Notes under the pieces: generated by a model
The model's input: only the letters and a program-made list of their open reading frames with translations
The model's database searches: none
Told to the model about the DNA's origin: nothing
Made by a program: the position numbers and the translations under genes
In this document: positions 20,903-32,286 of the stretch, piece after piece
Numbering within the stretch: position 1 is the stretch's first letter
Layout: each line of letters opens with the position of its first letter
NCBI GenBank assembly: GCA_035392025.1
Contig: DAOPMC010000001.1
Span: 68 to 64,067, forward strand
DNA: 64,000 nucleotides
Direction of reading: 5' to 3'
From: Bacilli bacterium
Lineage (GTDB): Bacteria > Bacillota_I > Bacilli_A > RF39 > UBA660

Positions 20903-23710
20903 CTACAATACTTTTTTTAAATACTCTCCAGTATATGATTTTTTGCAATTTGATACTTCTTCCGGAGTTCCTACACAAATTACTTCTCCGCCACGATCTC
21001 CACCATCTGGTCCTAAATCAATTATGTAATCTGCAACTTTTATTATATCTAAGTTGTGTTCAATTACTATTACACTATCTTTATTATCTACTATTTTATT
21101 CAAGATTGCAATAAGCTTCTTTACATCTGCTGAATGTAATCCAGTAGTTGGCTCATCTAAAATAAACATAGTTTTGCCTGTTGGCTTTTTCTGAAGTTCC
21201 TTTGCAAGTTTTACCCTAGCAGCTTCTCCACCAGATAATGTTACTGCATTTTGGCCTAGTTTAATATATCCTAGCCCTACTTCATCTAATACCTTAAGTT
21301 TGTTTTTTATTTTAGGCACATTTTCAAAAAATGTTAAAGCTTCAGTAACTCTCATTTCAAGTACATCATATATACTTTTACCCTTAAATTTTATTTTTAA
21401 TATTTCAGTATTATACCTTGTACCATGACATACTTCGCATGGAACATAAACATCTGGTAGGAAATGCATTTCAATTTTCTTAACACCATCTCCACGACAA
21501 GCTTCACATCTGCCACCTTTTACATTAAATGAAAATCTTCCTTTGTCATAACCCAATATTTTTGATTCTTTAGTGGTTGCAAATAAATCTCTAATATCAT
21601 CAAACACTCCAGTATAAGTTGCTGGGTTACTTCTAGGAGTTCTTCCAATTGGAGATTGAGATATATAAACAACTTTATCAATATTGTCTAATCCAATCAT
21701 TTTTTTATGTGGTCCTGGTTTAACTTTGCTATGATAAATACTTGATGCTAAAGCTTTATAAAGAGTCTCATTTACTAGTGTTGATTTACCACTTCCAGAC
21801 ACCCCAGTTACGCAAACAAACTTGCCCAAAGGAAATTTGACGTCAATATTTTTTAAATTATTAGCGTTTGCACCCCTTATTTCTACGTACTTGCCAGTTC
21901 CTTTCCTCCTGATTTTGGGCACTTCAATACATTCTTTCCCACTTAAGTATCTGCCAGTAATACTCTTATCACATTTCATTACCTCTTCCGGTGTTCCTGC
22001 TGATACTACATATCCACCTGCATCTCCAGCACCTGGGCCTATATCAATTAAGTAATCTGCCCTTCTCATTGTATCTAAATCGTGTTCAACAACAATTAAG
22101 GTATTACCTAAATCTCTCATTTTTATAAGAGCATCAATTAGTTTGTCATTATCTTTTTGGTGAAGACCAATACTAGGTTCATCAAGGACATATAAGACAC
22201 CTGTTAGTTCACTGCCAATTTGAGTCGCCAACCTAATTCTTTGCAATTCCCCGCCAGATAATGTCTCTGCTGAACGCGCAAGTGTCAAATAATCAAGACC
22301 AACGTTAATTAAAAATGTCAAACGCTCTTTAATGTTTTTTATGAGCAAACATGCTATCTGTTCTTTCTCTTTTCCTAATTTTAAATTATCTAAAAATCTA
22401 TACAAATTACCTATACTCATCTGTGTCATTTCATAAATATTTTTATCATCAATTAAGACTGATAAGACATCTTCATTTAATCTTGCACCATGACAAGTTG
22501 GACATTCATATTCAACCATAAAACGTTCTAGCCATTCTCTAACCCAAGTACTTGTTGTTTCCATATATCTTCTTTGAATATTATTTATTATTCCTTCATA
22601 ATAATCTACTTTGTTTGATATATTCCCACTTTTACTCGTTATACTAAATTTTATAGATTTTTTAGATCCATATAAAATAATATCCATCTGATCAGATTTT
22701 AACTTATTAACAGGCTTGTTCATATCTATTTTATAATATTTGCAAACCGTCTCTAACCTTTTATAATCTAAACTCTCTTGATCATCGCTTAAAACTGTAA
22801 TTGCACCTTCATTTAAACTGAGTTCTTTATCAGGTATAACTAAATCAGGATCCATTACCATTTTTACACCGAGACCCTTACAATCAGGACATGCACCATA
22901 TGGTGCATTAAAACTAAAAAGTCTAGGCTCCAATTCCGGAAGTGAGAAGTTACATTGTGGACACGCAAAAGCTTCAGAAAAAACTATTTCTTCTTTTCCA
23001 ATAACATCAATAACAACTTTACCATTTGCAAGTTTTGTGGCAGTCTCAATTGATTCATATAATCTACTTCTAATGTCTTCTTGAATCACTAATCTATCAA
23101 TAACAACTAATACAGAATGTTTTTTATTTTTATCTAAAATAATGTCTTGGTCTAAATCATAATTTTCTTTATCAATAATAACACGAACATAGCCATCTTT
23201 TCGAAGAGATTCAAATAAATCTTTGTGCGTCCCCTTCTCCCCATAGATGATTGGACTAAGGACCATTATCTTTGCACCCGATTCGAGTTCTAAAACTTTG
23301 TTAGTCATTTCCTCAATACTTTGTCTTGATATTGGAGTATGATGAATTTTACAATATGGGATACCAATTCGCGCATATAATAATCTTAAATAATCATATA
23401 TTTCAGTAACTGTCCCTACCGTTGATCTTGGATTTTTGCTAGTTGTTTTTTGATCAATACTTATGGCAGGTGAAAGACCGTCTATTGAATCTACATCTGG
23501 TTTTTCTGTCCCACCTAAAAATTGTCTAGCATATGAAGATAGACTTTCAAGATATCTTCTTTCCCCTTCTTTATAAATAGTATCAAACGCTAAACTACTT
23601 TTCCCAGAACCTGACACTCCAGTCATTACAACAAGTTTATTCTTGGGAATTTCTATATTAATATTTTTAAGATTATTTTCACGTGCTCCTTTTATAATTA
23701 TTTTATCCAT
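20903..23710 (-). CDS. uvrA: Excinuclease ABC subunit A
   Basis: 935 aa, duplicated ABC ATPase (two GVSGSGKS Walker A) and zinc-finger CxxC motifs. Confidence 0.95.
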   Translation of the reverse strand: MDKIIIKGARENNLKNINIEIPKNKLVVMTGVSGSGKSSLAFDTIYKEGERRYLESLSSYARQFLGGTEKPDVDSIDGLSPAISIDQKTTSKNPRSTVGTVTEIYDYLRLLYARIGIPYCKIHHTPISRQSIEEMTNKVLELESGAKIMVLSPIIYGEKGTHKDLFESLRKDGYVRVIIDKENYDLDQDIILDKNKKHSVLVVIDRLVIQEDIRSRLYESIETATKLANGKVVIDVIGKEEIVFSEAFACPQCNFSLPELEPRLFSFNAPYGACPDCKGLGVKMVMDPDLVIPDKELSLNEGAITVLSDDQESLDYKRLETVCKYYKIDMNKPVNKLKSDQMDIILYGSKKSIKFSITSKSGNISNKVDYYEGIINNIQRRYMETTSTWVREWLERFMVEYECPTCHGARLNEDVLSVLIDDKNIYEMTQMSIGNLYRFLDNLKLGKEKEQIACLLIKNIKERLTFLINVGLDYLTLARSAETLSGGELQRIRLATQIGSELTGVLYVLDEPSIGLHQKDNDKLIDALIKMRDLGNTLIVVEHDLDTMRRADYLIDIGPGAGDAGGYVVSAGTPEEVMKCDKSITGRYLSGKECIEVPKIRRKGTGKYVEIRGANANNLKNIDVKFPLGKFVCVTGVSGSGKSTLVNETLYKALASSIYHSKVKPGPHKKMIGLDNIDKVVYISQSPIGRTPRSNPATYTGVFDDIRDLFATTKESKILGYDKGRFSFNVKGGRCEACRGDGVKKIEMHFLPDVYVPCEVCHGTRYNTEILKIKFKGKSIYDVLEMRVTEALTFFENVPKIKNKLKVLDEVGLGYIKLGQNAVTLSGGEAARVKLAKELQKKPTGKTMFILDEPTTGLHSADVKKLIAILNKIVDNKDSVIVIEHNLDIIKVADYIIDLGPDGGDRGGEVICVGTPEEVSNCKKSYTGEYLKKVL

Positions 23711-23798
23711 AATATCACCTAATTTCTGCTAGATATTGTATCATAAAAATTTAAATTAATACACCTAAATATGTTATAATTGTTAAAAGAGGTGTAAC

Positions 23799-24257
23799 AT
23801 GACTAAAGATGATATATTAAATGAATTCCCAAATTTTGAAGAAAACATTAGAAACCTAACTAGTTTAGATGGAGTTAGATATTTTTATCATATAACTCCT
23901 AATAATGCCGAAGACATTATTAATGAAGGCTTATTTTTAAAAGAAAATAGGTTATCTTCTACAACAATTGAGTTACCAGATGAATTCTATGATGACCCTA
24001 TTTCATATTGTTTAGGTGAAAGAGGCCATGGTTATAGAGAAAATGCTAGTATTGTTCTTTTGGGTATACCAGAAGACGAGGTAGATTATGCAATTGAGCA
24101 AAACTACTCTGAGAGAGGTCACTGGAATGAATTTGACGATCCTAATTTTGTCATACCAAGCCAGTATATAATTGGTTACATTGACACTAATGATTTTAGC
24201 ATTAATTTAAATAGTGATTATATTCTAGCAAATGAGTATGATGACTTAAAATTATAA
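23799..24257 (+). CDS. Hypothetical protein
   Basis: 152-aa ORF with an upstream AGAGG RBS; acidic; no recognised motif. Confidence 0.4.
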   Translation: MTKDDILNEFPNFEENIRNLTSLDGVRYFYHITPNNAEDIINEGLFLKENRLSSTTIELPDEFYDDPISYCLGERGHGYRENASIVLLGIPEDEVDYAIEQNYSERGHWNEFDDPNFVIPSQYIIGYIDTNDFSINLNSDYILANEYDDLKL

Positions 24258-24263
24258 AAATAA

Positions 24264-24296
24264 AAACGAGTTGTATAAACAATTCGTTTTTTTTCT
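24264..24296 (+). terminator. Rho-independent terminator of the 23799 gene, abutting the ssrA 3' end
   Basis: AACGAGTTG-TATAAA-CAATTCGTT stem (one G-U pair) followed by an 8-T run. Confidence 0.45.
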
Positions 24297-24298
24297 TT

Positions 24299-24642
24299 TG
24301 GTGGAGCTGAGGGGAATTGAACCCCTGTCCAAAAATACAAATATTTAACTATCTACAAGTTTAGTTAATTAGTTAAATTCGCCATATAACTAATAATTAA
24401 CAAATATCATATGACTAGCTTATGGTTAATTTCTCTACTTCTTATAAGCACAAAAGTAGTATAGTTCACTTTAATTAGCCCTTAATATCTCTCGTGAACT
24501 AAGAGATAAGAAGAGCTTGCCTCTATATTAAATTAGGCAAATGCTAAATTTCTGTTTCCAGTTATTTAATTTGTTTGCATATAACGAGTGCCCCCGACTT
24601 GCAAATTAAACTTAATATCTCTGTCGAAACCAAATCAGCCCC
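24299..24642 (-). ncRNA. ssrA: tmRNA (transfer-messenger RNA, SsrA)
   Basis: Minus strand starts GGGGCTGATTTGGTTTCGACAG and ends ...GGGGTTCAATTCCCCTCAGCTCCACCA (tRNA-Ala-like T-arm plus acceptor/CCA); 5' GGGGCUG pairs with 3' CAGCUCC. An internal reading frame ends ...AAT TTA GCA TTT GCC TAA (tag ...NLAFA-stop). Confidence 0.85.
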
Positions 24643-24650
24643 GTTAGCAA

Positions 24651-24679
24651 ATTATAGCATATTTTTGCTAATTTGTCTA
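24651..24679 (-). promoter_or_regulatory. ssrA promoter embedded in the 3' end of the upstream TasA-like gene
   Basis: Minus strand TAGACA(-35)-17 nt-TATAAT(-10), then 8 nt to the tmRNA 5' G at 24642; the -35 overlaps the last codons and stop of CDS 24683-25288. Confidence 0.5.
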
Positions 24680-24682
24680 TGT

Positions 24683-25288
24683 TTAATGGTCCTGTGTCCC
24701 CGTTGCCTCTAACTTAGCACAATATACTTTACCAACATTATTCGTATAAACATCACTATTTATTGCAGTATCTGCTATCCAAATATATAGTTGATAGCTA
24801 TCAGTATCATTTAACCCACCATCTGCTGTTAATGTCTTATCAGATGCCAGCATATTAGCATTAGGATTAACGCTTATCGTATTAGTAGAATTATCAACAT
24901 CTACTAATTTATATCTTAATATGTCTGAACTTAGTGTATCGTCAGTACAAACTCCATCAACAAGCGCTGTGCAGCAGACAGAGGTCATTTTAAAGTTATA
25001 ATCTACTGCAATGCCAGATGTATTTTTTATAGTAAAAGAATAAGGTGTCCCAGATGATCCGTCGGTATCTGTCGTGGGTAGTGCACTTGTTAGAGATAAT
25101 ACATTACTTTCCCCAGAAAAAGTCAAAGTTAGTACACCTGATGTAACAGTATATGTCTTTGTTCCTGTAAAAGATCCTGCATAAAATGCATATGTAGTAT
25201 ATGATAATACCATTATAATTGCTACTATCCATAAGATAATACCTAATTTAGTAAACTTTAATTTACTTTCCTTTTTCTTTTTTACCAT
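24683..25288 (-). CDS. TasA/camelysin-like secreted protein, paralog P1 (SipW-cognate-type signal anchor)
   Basis: N-terminal Lys-rich segment plus TM, then YAFYAGSFTGT...VTSGVLTLTF...LTSALPTTD motif block shared with the other paralogs and resembling the TasA N-terminal domain; C-terminal Y.LYIWIAD motif shared with P4/P5. Confidence 0.55.
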   Translation of the reverse strand: MVKKKKESKLKFTKLGIILWIVAIIMVLSYTTYAFYAGSFTGTKTYTVTSGVLTLTFSGESNVLSLTSALPTTDTDGSSGTPYSFTIKNTSGIAVDYNFKMTSVCCTALVDGVCTDDTLSSDILRYKLVDVDNSTNTISVNPNANMLASDKTLTADGGLNDTDSYQLYIWIADTAINSDVYTNNVGKVYCAKLEATGTQDH

Positions 25289-25296
25289 ATTTCCTC

Positions 25297-25737
25297 CTAA
25301 TTATTTCCTTTAATTTGTCTTTTGATATCTATTTTTATATCTCGCTCTTTCATAGTTTCTCTCTTATCAAAATTCTTCTTGCCCTTACATAATCCTAATA
25401 ATATTTTAACCTTATTTTTGTTTAAATATACCTTAAGTGGTATTAGGGTATATCCTTCTAATTCCAGTTTAATATTTAATTTCTTTATTTCTTTTTTATG
25501 CATCAAGAGTTTTCTAGTTCTTGTTTCTATATGATTAAATGTTCCTGCTTCTTGATATTTTTTTATATACATATTAAGAATAAATAATTCATTATTTTTT
25601 ATAATTGCATAACTATCTTTAATATCACAAGATCCTTCTCTTACTGATTTAATCTCTGTTCCTTCAAGAACTATTCCACACTCATATTCTTCTTCTATGA
25701 AATAATTAAATTTAGCCTTTCTATTTAATATTTCCAT
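25297..25737 (-). CDS. smpB: SsrA-binding protein
   Basis: 146 aa; conserved SmpB core (GIVL.GTEIKS...) and basic C-terminal tail. Confidence 0.9.
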   Translation of the reverse strand: MEILNRKAKFNYFIEEEYECGIVLEGTEIKSVREGSCDIKDSYAIIKNNELFILNMYIKKYQEAGTFNHIETRTRKLLMHKKEIKKLNIKLELEGYTLIPLKVYLNKNKVKILLGLCKGKKNFDKRETMKERDIKIDIKRQIKGNN

Positions 25738-25738
25738 A

Positions 25739-27841
25739 TTAAACTACTCTCTTTCTTTCTAGTACCGGTTCAAAATCAATAAGCCTTTCTTCTTTATTAG
25801 CATTTACTAGTTTTACTTTTATATCATCACCTAAGTAATAAATTTTCTTATTATTTTTACCTTGAATTGTTTGATTTTCTTCATTTAATGTATAGAAGTC
25901 ATCCATCGTACTAAAATCCGCTCTACCTTCTATTGCATTATCTAAAGCTACAAACATTCCATTCTTAGTAAATCCTGAAATCATTCCTTCATACTCTTCG
26001 CCTATAAAGTTTTCCATATATTCTGCCATTTTCATTTTGTCAACTTCTCTTTCACAGTCAACTGCATCACGCTCTTTTAATGATGATTGAATAGCGATTA
26101 TTCTTAATTTTTGTAAATATTCTTTGCTAGTTACTTTAGCAATGTTGCCATCTAATATCTCATGGATTATTCTATGAAGTGATGTATCAGGATACCTTCT
26201 AATTGGAGATGTAAAATGAGAATAGCCTTCTTTTCGTTCAGCATTAACTGCAATACCATAGTGTCCATAATTGACAACATCATATTTAGCTTTTTTCATA
26301 CATCTCAAAAGATAACTTGATAGAATTGAAAACTTTTTAGAATCTTTCATCTTATTTAGTATACTTTGAATACATTTTGGCTTAACAGAAATATTTCCAT
26401 CTGGTGCAAACCCTTGGGCCCTCATAACGGTAATACCTTCGGTTAGTTTTTCTAAATCAGGTTCCTCATGTACACGATATATGTTGTGTGCTCCTAAATT
26501 AGTTACAAAGTTTGCGACTGCTTCATTAGCGGCAATCATAAAGTCTTCAATTAAGTTTTCTCCAGTTCCTTGAACTCTATTTTCAACGCCAAGAACTTTG
26601 CCATCTCTATCAACTAATATTTTAGGTTCATTTGTTTGAAACTCCAGCATGCCTCTTTTTCTTTTCATTTCTCTTAATATTATTGCAAGATCATTCATTT
26701 TCTTTAAGATATCTGCAAACTGTCCATAGCCTTCTGGAACTTCATTATTATCTAATATTTTATTAACATTTTTATATGTCATCTGCTTTTTAGAGTGAAT
26801 TACGCTTTTAAATACCTCTGTATTTATTGTTTTCCCATTTGGTGTTATTTCCATACGACAAGTAAGTGCCAATCTATCAGCTTCTGGATTAAGCGAACAT
26901 ATCCCATTTGATAGTTCTCTAGGATACATTGGCGATACTCTATCTGCTAGATAAACACTTGTTCCTCTTTCATATGCTTCTTTGTCTAAAGCAGAACCTT
27001 CTTTAACATAATGGGTAACATCTGCAATATGAACACTAAGAAGGAAATTACCATTATCAAGTTTTTTCATAGAAATAGCATCATCTATATCTTTAGTATC
27101 GTCTCCATCAATTGTAAATATTTCTTCGTTTCTTAAATCAACTCTACCCTTCATGTCAGATGCATCTACTGTTTGTTTTATATACTTTATTTCTTCTAGT
27201 ACTTCATCTGGAAATACATCATCGAAATTGTATTTATACATTACTTGTAGTATGTCATTACCTGGTTTTGTTTTATGTCCTAGGTCTTTCTCTATTTCTA
27301 AACTAAAACCATGTTTTTCTCTTCTAGTACCAAGTTTAACTAACAATAGTTCACCATCTACCATATTTAGCGGTGCATCACATTTTATCTTATTAAACTC
27401 ATCAAACTTAAAATATCTAATATTATTTTCCGTTATAATTTCTGCAATGTGATTAGATCTTTCAAGTACTTCCTTAATACCTGCCTCTGTTGGATTATTT
27501 CTATCTAGTTTGACAACAACACTATCTCCTAGAAGTGCCCCATTAATCTTAGTTGCAGGAATATATACATCTTCTTCACCCGGAATCCTTACAAAACCAA
27601 ATCCATTTTTAACAGAAATTAATTTGCCTTCTTTAAATGGACTAAGTTGAAAAGCTCCTGCCTTAGAGTTTGTGCAATAAATAACTTTATCATATAATAA
27701 CTCTCTTATTGCTTCCTCTACTTCTGCCTGCTTTTCAGGACTATTTTTAAATCCCATTTTCTTGACAATATCTATTACTCTAATAGAATTTGTACCAATT
27801 TTTTTAAATATTTCTAATATCTGTTCCTTCACAATTACCAC
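25739..27841 (-). CDS. rnr: Ribonuclease R
   Basis: 700 aa; RNB catalytic domain (DIDDAIS...) plus C-terminal S1 domain; secG-rnr-smpB synteny. Confidence 0.9.
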   Translation of the reverse strand: MVIVKEQILEIFKKIGTNSIRVIDIVKKMGFKNSPEKQAEVEEAIRELLYDKVIYCTNSKAGAFQLSPFKEGKLISVKNGFGFVRIPGEEDVYIPATKINGALLGDSVVVKLDRNNPTEAGIKEVLERSNHIAEIITENNIRYFKFDEFNKIKCDAPLNMVDGELLLVKLGTRREKHGFSLEIEKDLGHKTKPGNDILQVMYKYNFDDVFPDEVLEEIKYIKQTVDASDMKGRVDLRNEEIFTIDGDDTKDIDDAISMKKLDNGNFLLSVHIADVTHYVKEGSALDKEAYERGTSVYLADRVSPMYPRELSNGICSLNPEADRLALTCRMEITPNGKTINTEVFKSVIHSKKQMTYKNVNKILDNNEVPEGYGQFADILKKMNDLAIILREMKRKRGMLEFQTNEPKILVDRDGKVLGVENRVQGTGENLIEDFMIAANEAVANFVTNLGAHNIYRVHEEPDLEKLTEGITVMRAQGFAPDGNISVKPKCIQSILNKMKDSKKFSILSSYLLRCMKKAKYDVVNYGHYGIAVNAERKEGYSHFTSPIRRYPDTSLHRIIHEILDGNIAKVTSKEYLQKLRIIAIQSSLKERDAVDCEREVDKMKMAEYMENFIGEEYEGMISGFTKNGMFVALDNAIEGRADFSTMDDFYTLNEENQTIQGKNNKKIYYLGDDIKVKLVNANKEERLIDFEPVLERKRVV

Positions 27842-27885
27842 CTACAAAAATTATATCATAAAAAAAAGTTTCTTACGAAACTATT

Positions 27886-28101
27886 TTATAAAAATGACAT
27901 CACTACACAAATAATAAAGAAAGATAATCCTAAAACTAATGTTACTCTAGATATGAATAATTCACTACCTCTTTCTTTTCTATTACTAAACAAATCATCA
28001 TTGCCACCTGTAATTACTTTTGATGCTCCTTCTGCTTTACCACTTTGTAATAATACAATAGTGATTAATAAACATGATATAACTATTAATACTGTTTGCA
28101 T
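27886..28101 (-). CDS. secG: Preprotein translocase subunit SecG
   Basis: 71 aa, two TM segments; LLQSGK motif. Confidence 0.8.
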   Translation of the reverse strand: MQTVLIVISCLLITIVLLQSGKAEGASKVITGGNDDLFSNRKERGSELFISRVTLVLGLSFFIICVVMSFL

Positions 28102-28159
28102 AAAGTCCTCCTTGTTACTACATGTATTTTAATACATTTAAATAAAAATTGCAATATTA

Positions 28160-29104
28160 TTATTTAACGACTCCTATAATCCAAAAATAAATGTATACCC
28201 CCACTATTAAAACTGATGGGATTATATAAAATAATTTATATTTTGTTTGTTTCTTTAAACTTTGAATGAAACTAAGTGAAGTTATAACAAGGGCTATTTT
28301 TATTAAAAATAAGCTATCACTATCCATAAATATATATATTGGATTGTTTTTTATTAAGAGATCACTTATGCCAAGTACAAACAAATTAAATATGTTACTA
28401 CCTAATATATCAGTTAATGCCATATTATAATTTTTAAGTTTTATAAGCGTAATAAATGTTATTACTTCTGGTAGTGATGTTGTTATTCCTAGAAGTATTG
28501 CTCCAATAATACTTCCCGATACTCTAGGATATTCAAGTGATATTACATTAACTATCTTAGTTAAAAAAATACTACTTGCTATTAATAATATGGCGCATAT
28601 TATCATTTTAGTAATTATACCTTTTTTAGGTTTTTCATCTTGTACTATTGTGTTTTTGGTTTTTGATATTTTAGCTATATAGAAAGCATAGGATAAAAAC
28701 AATAAAATTGTTGGAATTCCAATACTTCCAAAAGATGAGTTGTCACTTAAAAAAAAGATTGATAAATAGCATACAATCATTGCTAAATATTCGTAAAAAT
28801 AATTCTTTGATACTTTTGAAAATATAAACTCTTTGATAATAAATATATCAATTACTGCCATCATAAATAAATTAAATATGTTACTACCTAAAACATCCCC
28901 TATTGCTAAATGTGGATTATTCATCTTTACTGCCGTTAACGTGGTAACCAGTTCGGGCAAACTGGTTATTGCTGCTAGTAACAGCCCCGATATGATAAAT
29001 CCCATTTTTTTACTACTTTTGCTCAAACTATCAGCATAATGAGATATTTTAATGCTAAGTATCACAGTTATTGCTGCTAGCAAGAAAAAAAATATAACAT
29101 TCAC
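28160..29104 (-). CDS. Ca2+:cation antiporter (CaCA / YrbG family) membrane protein
   Basis: Two internal alpha-repeats: GDVLGSNIFNL... and TDILGSNIFNL... Confidence 0.75.
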   Translation of the reverse strand: MNVIFFFLLAAITVILSIKISHYADSLSKSSKKMGFIISGLLLAAITSLPELVTTLTAVKMNNPHLAIGDVLGSNIFNLFMMAVIDIFIIKEFIFSKVSKNYFYEYLAMIVCYLSIFFLSDNSSFGSIGIPTILLFLSYAFYIAKISKTKNTIVQDEKPKKGIITKMIICAILLIASSIFLTKIVNVISLEYPRVSGSIIGAILLGITTSLPEVITFITLIKLKNYNMALTDILGSNIFNLFVLGISDLLIKNNPIYIFMDSDSLFLIKIALVITSLSFIQSLKKQTKYKLFYIIPSVLIVGVYIYFWIIGVVK

Positions 29105-29140
29105 AGTATCACCTATCTAACTATATTCTTTCTAATTTTT

Positions 29141-29635
29141 TTATTGCCTTATTCTTACATAAGGAGTATATCTATAATCTTCTTCTTCATATGTTTGTAA
29201 AAGATCATAATCTATTTCATAGCCTGCGTTTGTTGCACTTTTTATTGATGCAATATTATCCCATTTGATGTCTAATCCTATTTTTTGATAGTCATAGTTT
29301 TCAAATATATAATCAGATATGCTAGTTAGAACATATGTGCCTATTCCTTTTTTATGTTCTTTAAAATCTGATCTATATGGTTTGGTCAATCCTGCTGATA
29401 ACATTAGTCTATCCTGCCACTTTATCATTTGCGGTAACTCAATCAAATAATAATAACCTGCATATTTATTATCATATTTTAACAAGTATAAAAAGTTTGT
29501 AGCGTATAAATATGGTTCTAGTTCTTCATCTTTACGATATGAAGCAAGAATTAGGCTATAGCTAAAATGTGAATATTTGTGTAATGATAGGTGTGGATTT
29601 ATAATATGCGTATTTTCTTCGCCTATTTTTTTCAT
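29141..29635 (-). CDS. GNAT-family N-acetyltransferase (RimL/RimJ-like), tentative
   Basis: Motif-A-like HKKGIGTYVL and C-terminal ...ATNAGYE; 164 aa. Confidence 0.45.
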   Translation of the reverse strand: MKKIGEENTHIINPHLSLHKYSHFSYSLILASYRKDEELEPYLYATNFLYLLKYDNKYAGYYYLIELPQMIKWQDRLMLSAGLTKPYRSDFKEHKKGIGTYVLTSISDYIFENYDYQKIGLDIKWDNIASIKSATNAGYEIDYDLLQTYEEEDYRYTPYVRIRQ

Positions 29636-30843
29636 AAATCCTCTTCTATTTCCATTAACCTATTATATTTAGCAATTCTCTCTCCTCTAGTTATTGAACC
29701 CGTCTTAATATAATCAGTCATTAATCCTACCGATAAATCACTAATAAATGTATCTAGTGTCTCACCACTTCTATGAGACATTATTGTCTTGTATCCTTTT
29801 TCTTTTGCAAGTTTAATAGTCTTAATTGTTTCTGTAACGCTACCTATTTGATTGGCTTTTATTAAAATTGCATTACATACTTTCATGTCTATTCCTTTTT
29901 GTAATAGTTTTTCGTTTGTCACAAAAAGATCATCACCTACAAGTTGAACATCTGCTCCTAGTCTTTCAGTAATTAGTTTAAATCCTTCCCAATCATTTTC
30001 ATCTAGTGGGTCTTCAATTGAAATTATTGGATACTTATTAATCATTTCTTTATAGATTTCAATCATTTGCTCTGTTGTCTTACTACCATAATATTCATAT
30101 GTTTTCTTTTCCTTGTTATAAAAACTGCTGGCTGCTACATCAAGTGCTAGTTTTACATTTTCTTCATCATAACCAGATTCTTTGATAGCCTGTATTATAA
30201 CATCGAGCGCTGCACAATCATTTTCTAGATTAGGGGCAAATCCTCCCTCATCTCCAACATTAGTTGCCATATTTTTGATCTTTAATATTTTTTTTAATGT
30301 ATGAAATATTTCCGATGCCATTCTAACTGATTCTTTAATGCTATCACCTAGAGGTATTATCATAAATTCTTGACACAAGATATTATTATCAGCATGCATT
30401 CCACCATTTAAAATGTTTAACATAAGACGTGGCAATCTAGGGTTTTTCCCAACATATTGATATAGTTCTTGATTATTTTCTTTAGCACATGCCTTTAAAA
30501 ATGCTAATGATACCGCTAGTATGCTATTAGCACCAAGTTTTGATTTATTCTCAGTACCATCAAGTTCTATTAAAAATTTATCTAATTCTTCTTGAGTAAA
30601 ATCTTTATTAAGAATTTCAGGGGCAATAACTTTTTCTACATTATATACTGCTTTTAATACACCTTTACCATGATATCTTAGATCATTATCTCTAAGTTCT
30701 AGTGCTTCGTGCTCTCCTGTAGATGCTCCGCTTGGTACACTTGCCCTGCCTAACGATTTATGGTTTATCTCCAATTGGACTTCAATTGTCGGATTTCCCC
30801 TTGAATCTAATATTTCTCTTGCTAAAATTTTGGTTATTCTCAT
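29632..30843 (-). CDS. eno: Enolase
   Basis: N-terminal REILDSRGNPT...PSGASTGEHEALELRD motif; 403 aa. Confidence 0.9.
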   Translation of the reverse strand: MRITKILAREILDSRGNPTIEVQLEINHKSLGRASVPSGASTGEHEALELRDNDLRYHGKGVLKAVYNVEKVIAPEILNKDFTQEELDKFLIELDGTENKSKLGANSILAVSLAFLKACAKENNQELYQYVGKNPRLPRLMLNILNGGMHADNNILCQEFMIIPLGDSIKESVRMASEIFHTLKKILKIKNMATNVGDEGGFAPNLENDCAALDVIIQAIKESGYDEENVKLALDVAASSFYNKEKKTYEYYGSKTTEQMIEIYKEMINKYPIISIEDPLDENDWEGFKLITERLGADVQLVGDDLFVTNEKLLQKGIDMKVCNAILIKANQIGSVTETIKTIKLAKEKGYKTIMSHRSGETLDTFISDLSVGLMTDYIKTGSITRGERIAKYNRLMEIEEDL

Positions 30844-30844
30844 A

Positions 30845-32182
30845 TTATAACTCCTTTACAATATTTTTAAATTCTTCTCCACGCACTTCATAACTTTCAT
30901 ATTGATCCCATGATGCTGCCGCTGGTGATAATAATATTATATCACCAGATATACTATTTTCATTTGCTAAAATGGTTGCTTCTCTTAATGTATTGACACT
31001 TAGAACTGGAATATTTAGATTGCTTATAATATCAACAATCCTACTTTTACATTCGCCATATGCAATTACTAATTTAGTGTAACCTAAATAATCCTTTAAT
31101 TCGTTAAAATCTTGCATTCTCTCAAGCCCTCCAAGTAGTAAAACCACCGGTTTCTTAAATGCTGATAGGGCTATTTGAGTAGATGTTATATTAGTTGCTT
31201 TAGAATCATTATAAAAATCTTTACCATCAATGGTTTTTACATACTCAATTCTATGTTCTACACCATTAAAATCCTTCAAAACTCCCACAATTACATCTGT
31301 TGGAATGTTAAACTCTTTAGAGATCATAATTGCGCACATAATATTTTCATAGTTGTGAATACCTTGTAATTTTATATCTTTAGTATCTATTATTTTTTCA
31401 TTATAGTAATAAATTGCATCGTTTGAGAGATAGCATCCATTAACTTTTTCCTTACTAGAAAATATCTTTAAAGTAGAATTAATACCTTCTGCTACTTTCA
31501 CAGCATCGCTATTCCCAGCATTAACAATTGCCACATCATCTTTTGTCTGATGATTAAATATTCTTTTTTTATTTTCATTATAGTACTCTCTAGTTTTAAA
31601 CATATCTAAATGCGCTTCAAATATATTTGTTAATACTGCAATATTAAATTTAAAATCGTACATATCATGTAACTGAGGAACTCCAATTTCCATAACAATA
31701 ATATCGCCCTCTTTTACATCATCAATTACACTACATAATGGAAATCCAATGTTTCCTGCTAGATGAACTTTTTTAGGACAATAATTTTTAAATATTTCAT
31801 AAGTTAGTGTTGTTGTTGTTGTCTTACCATTAGTACCCGTGATACCAATTAATTTGACATCTTTAGGTAATAGGTGATATGCCATCTCTACTTCATTAAT
31901 TATTGGAATATTATTTTTTTCTGCATATTCTAAATATTTATGATCAAAATGAACACCAGGATTTTTAATTAAATAATCAAAACTACCATCTAGCAGGTCA
32001 TCAGGATGACTGCCTAAAACTACATCTACTCCTAAACCTTCTAATTCTTTAACTTTAGTTATATCTTGTTTATCATTTTTATCATTCACAACAATATAAT
32101 TATCTCTTTTAGCTAATATTTTGGCACACTCATAACCACTTCTTGCCATTCCTAGTATAAATATTTTTTTATTTTCAAACAT
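30845..32182 (-). CDS. murD: UDP-N-acetylmuramoylalanine--D-glutamate ligase
   Basis: Mur ligase P-loop GITGTNGKTTTT; 445 aa. Confidence 0.9.
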   Translation of the reverse strand: MFENKKIFILGMARSGYECAKILAKRDNYIVVNDKNDKQDITKVKELEGLGVDVVLGSHPDDLLDGSFDYLIKNPGVHFDHKYLEYAEKNNIPIINEVEMAYHLLPKDVKLIGITGTNGKTTTTTLTYEIFKNYCPKKVHLAGNIGFPLCSVIDDVKEGDIIVMEIGVPQLHDMYDFKFNIAVLTNIFEAHLDMFKTREYYNENKKRIFNHQTKDDVAIVNAGNSDAVKVAEGINSTLKIFSSKEKVNGCYLSNDAIYYYNEKIIDTKDIKLQGIHNYENIMCAIMISKEFNIPTDVIVGVLKDFNGVEHRIEYVKTIDGKDFYNDSKATNITSTQIALSAFKKPVVLLLGGLERMQDFNELKDYLGYTKLVIAYGECKSRIVDIISNLNIPVLSVNTLREATILANENSISGDIILLSPAAASWDQYESYEVRGEEFKNIVKEL

Positions 32183-32286
32183 TATTTCACCTTCATATTT
32201 ATTATACTATGTTATTTTGATAATTTGAACTTTTTATTGATTTTTTGCTATATAAAAGTTATCATTATTATAGAGAGTTGATTAAG

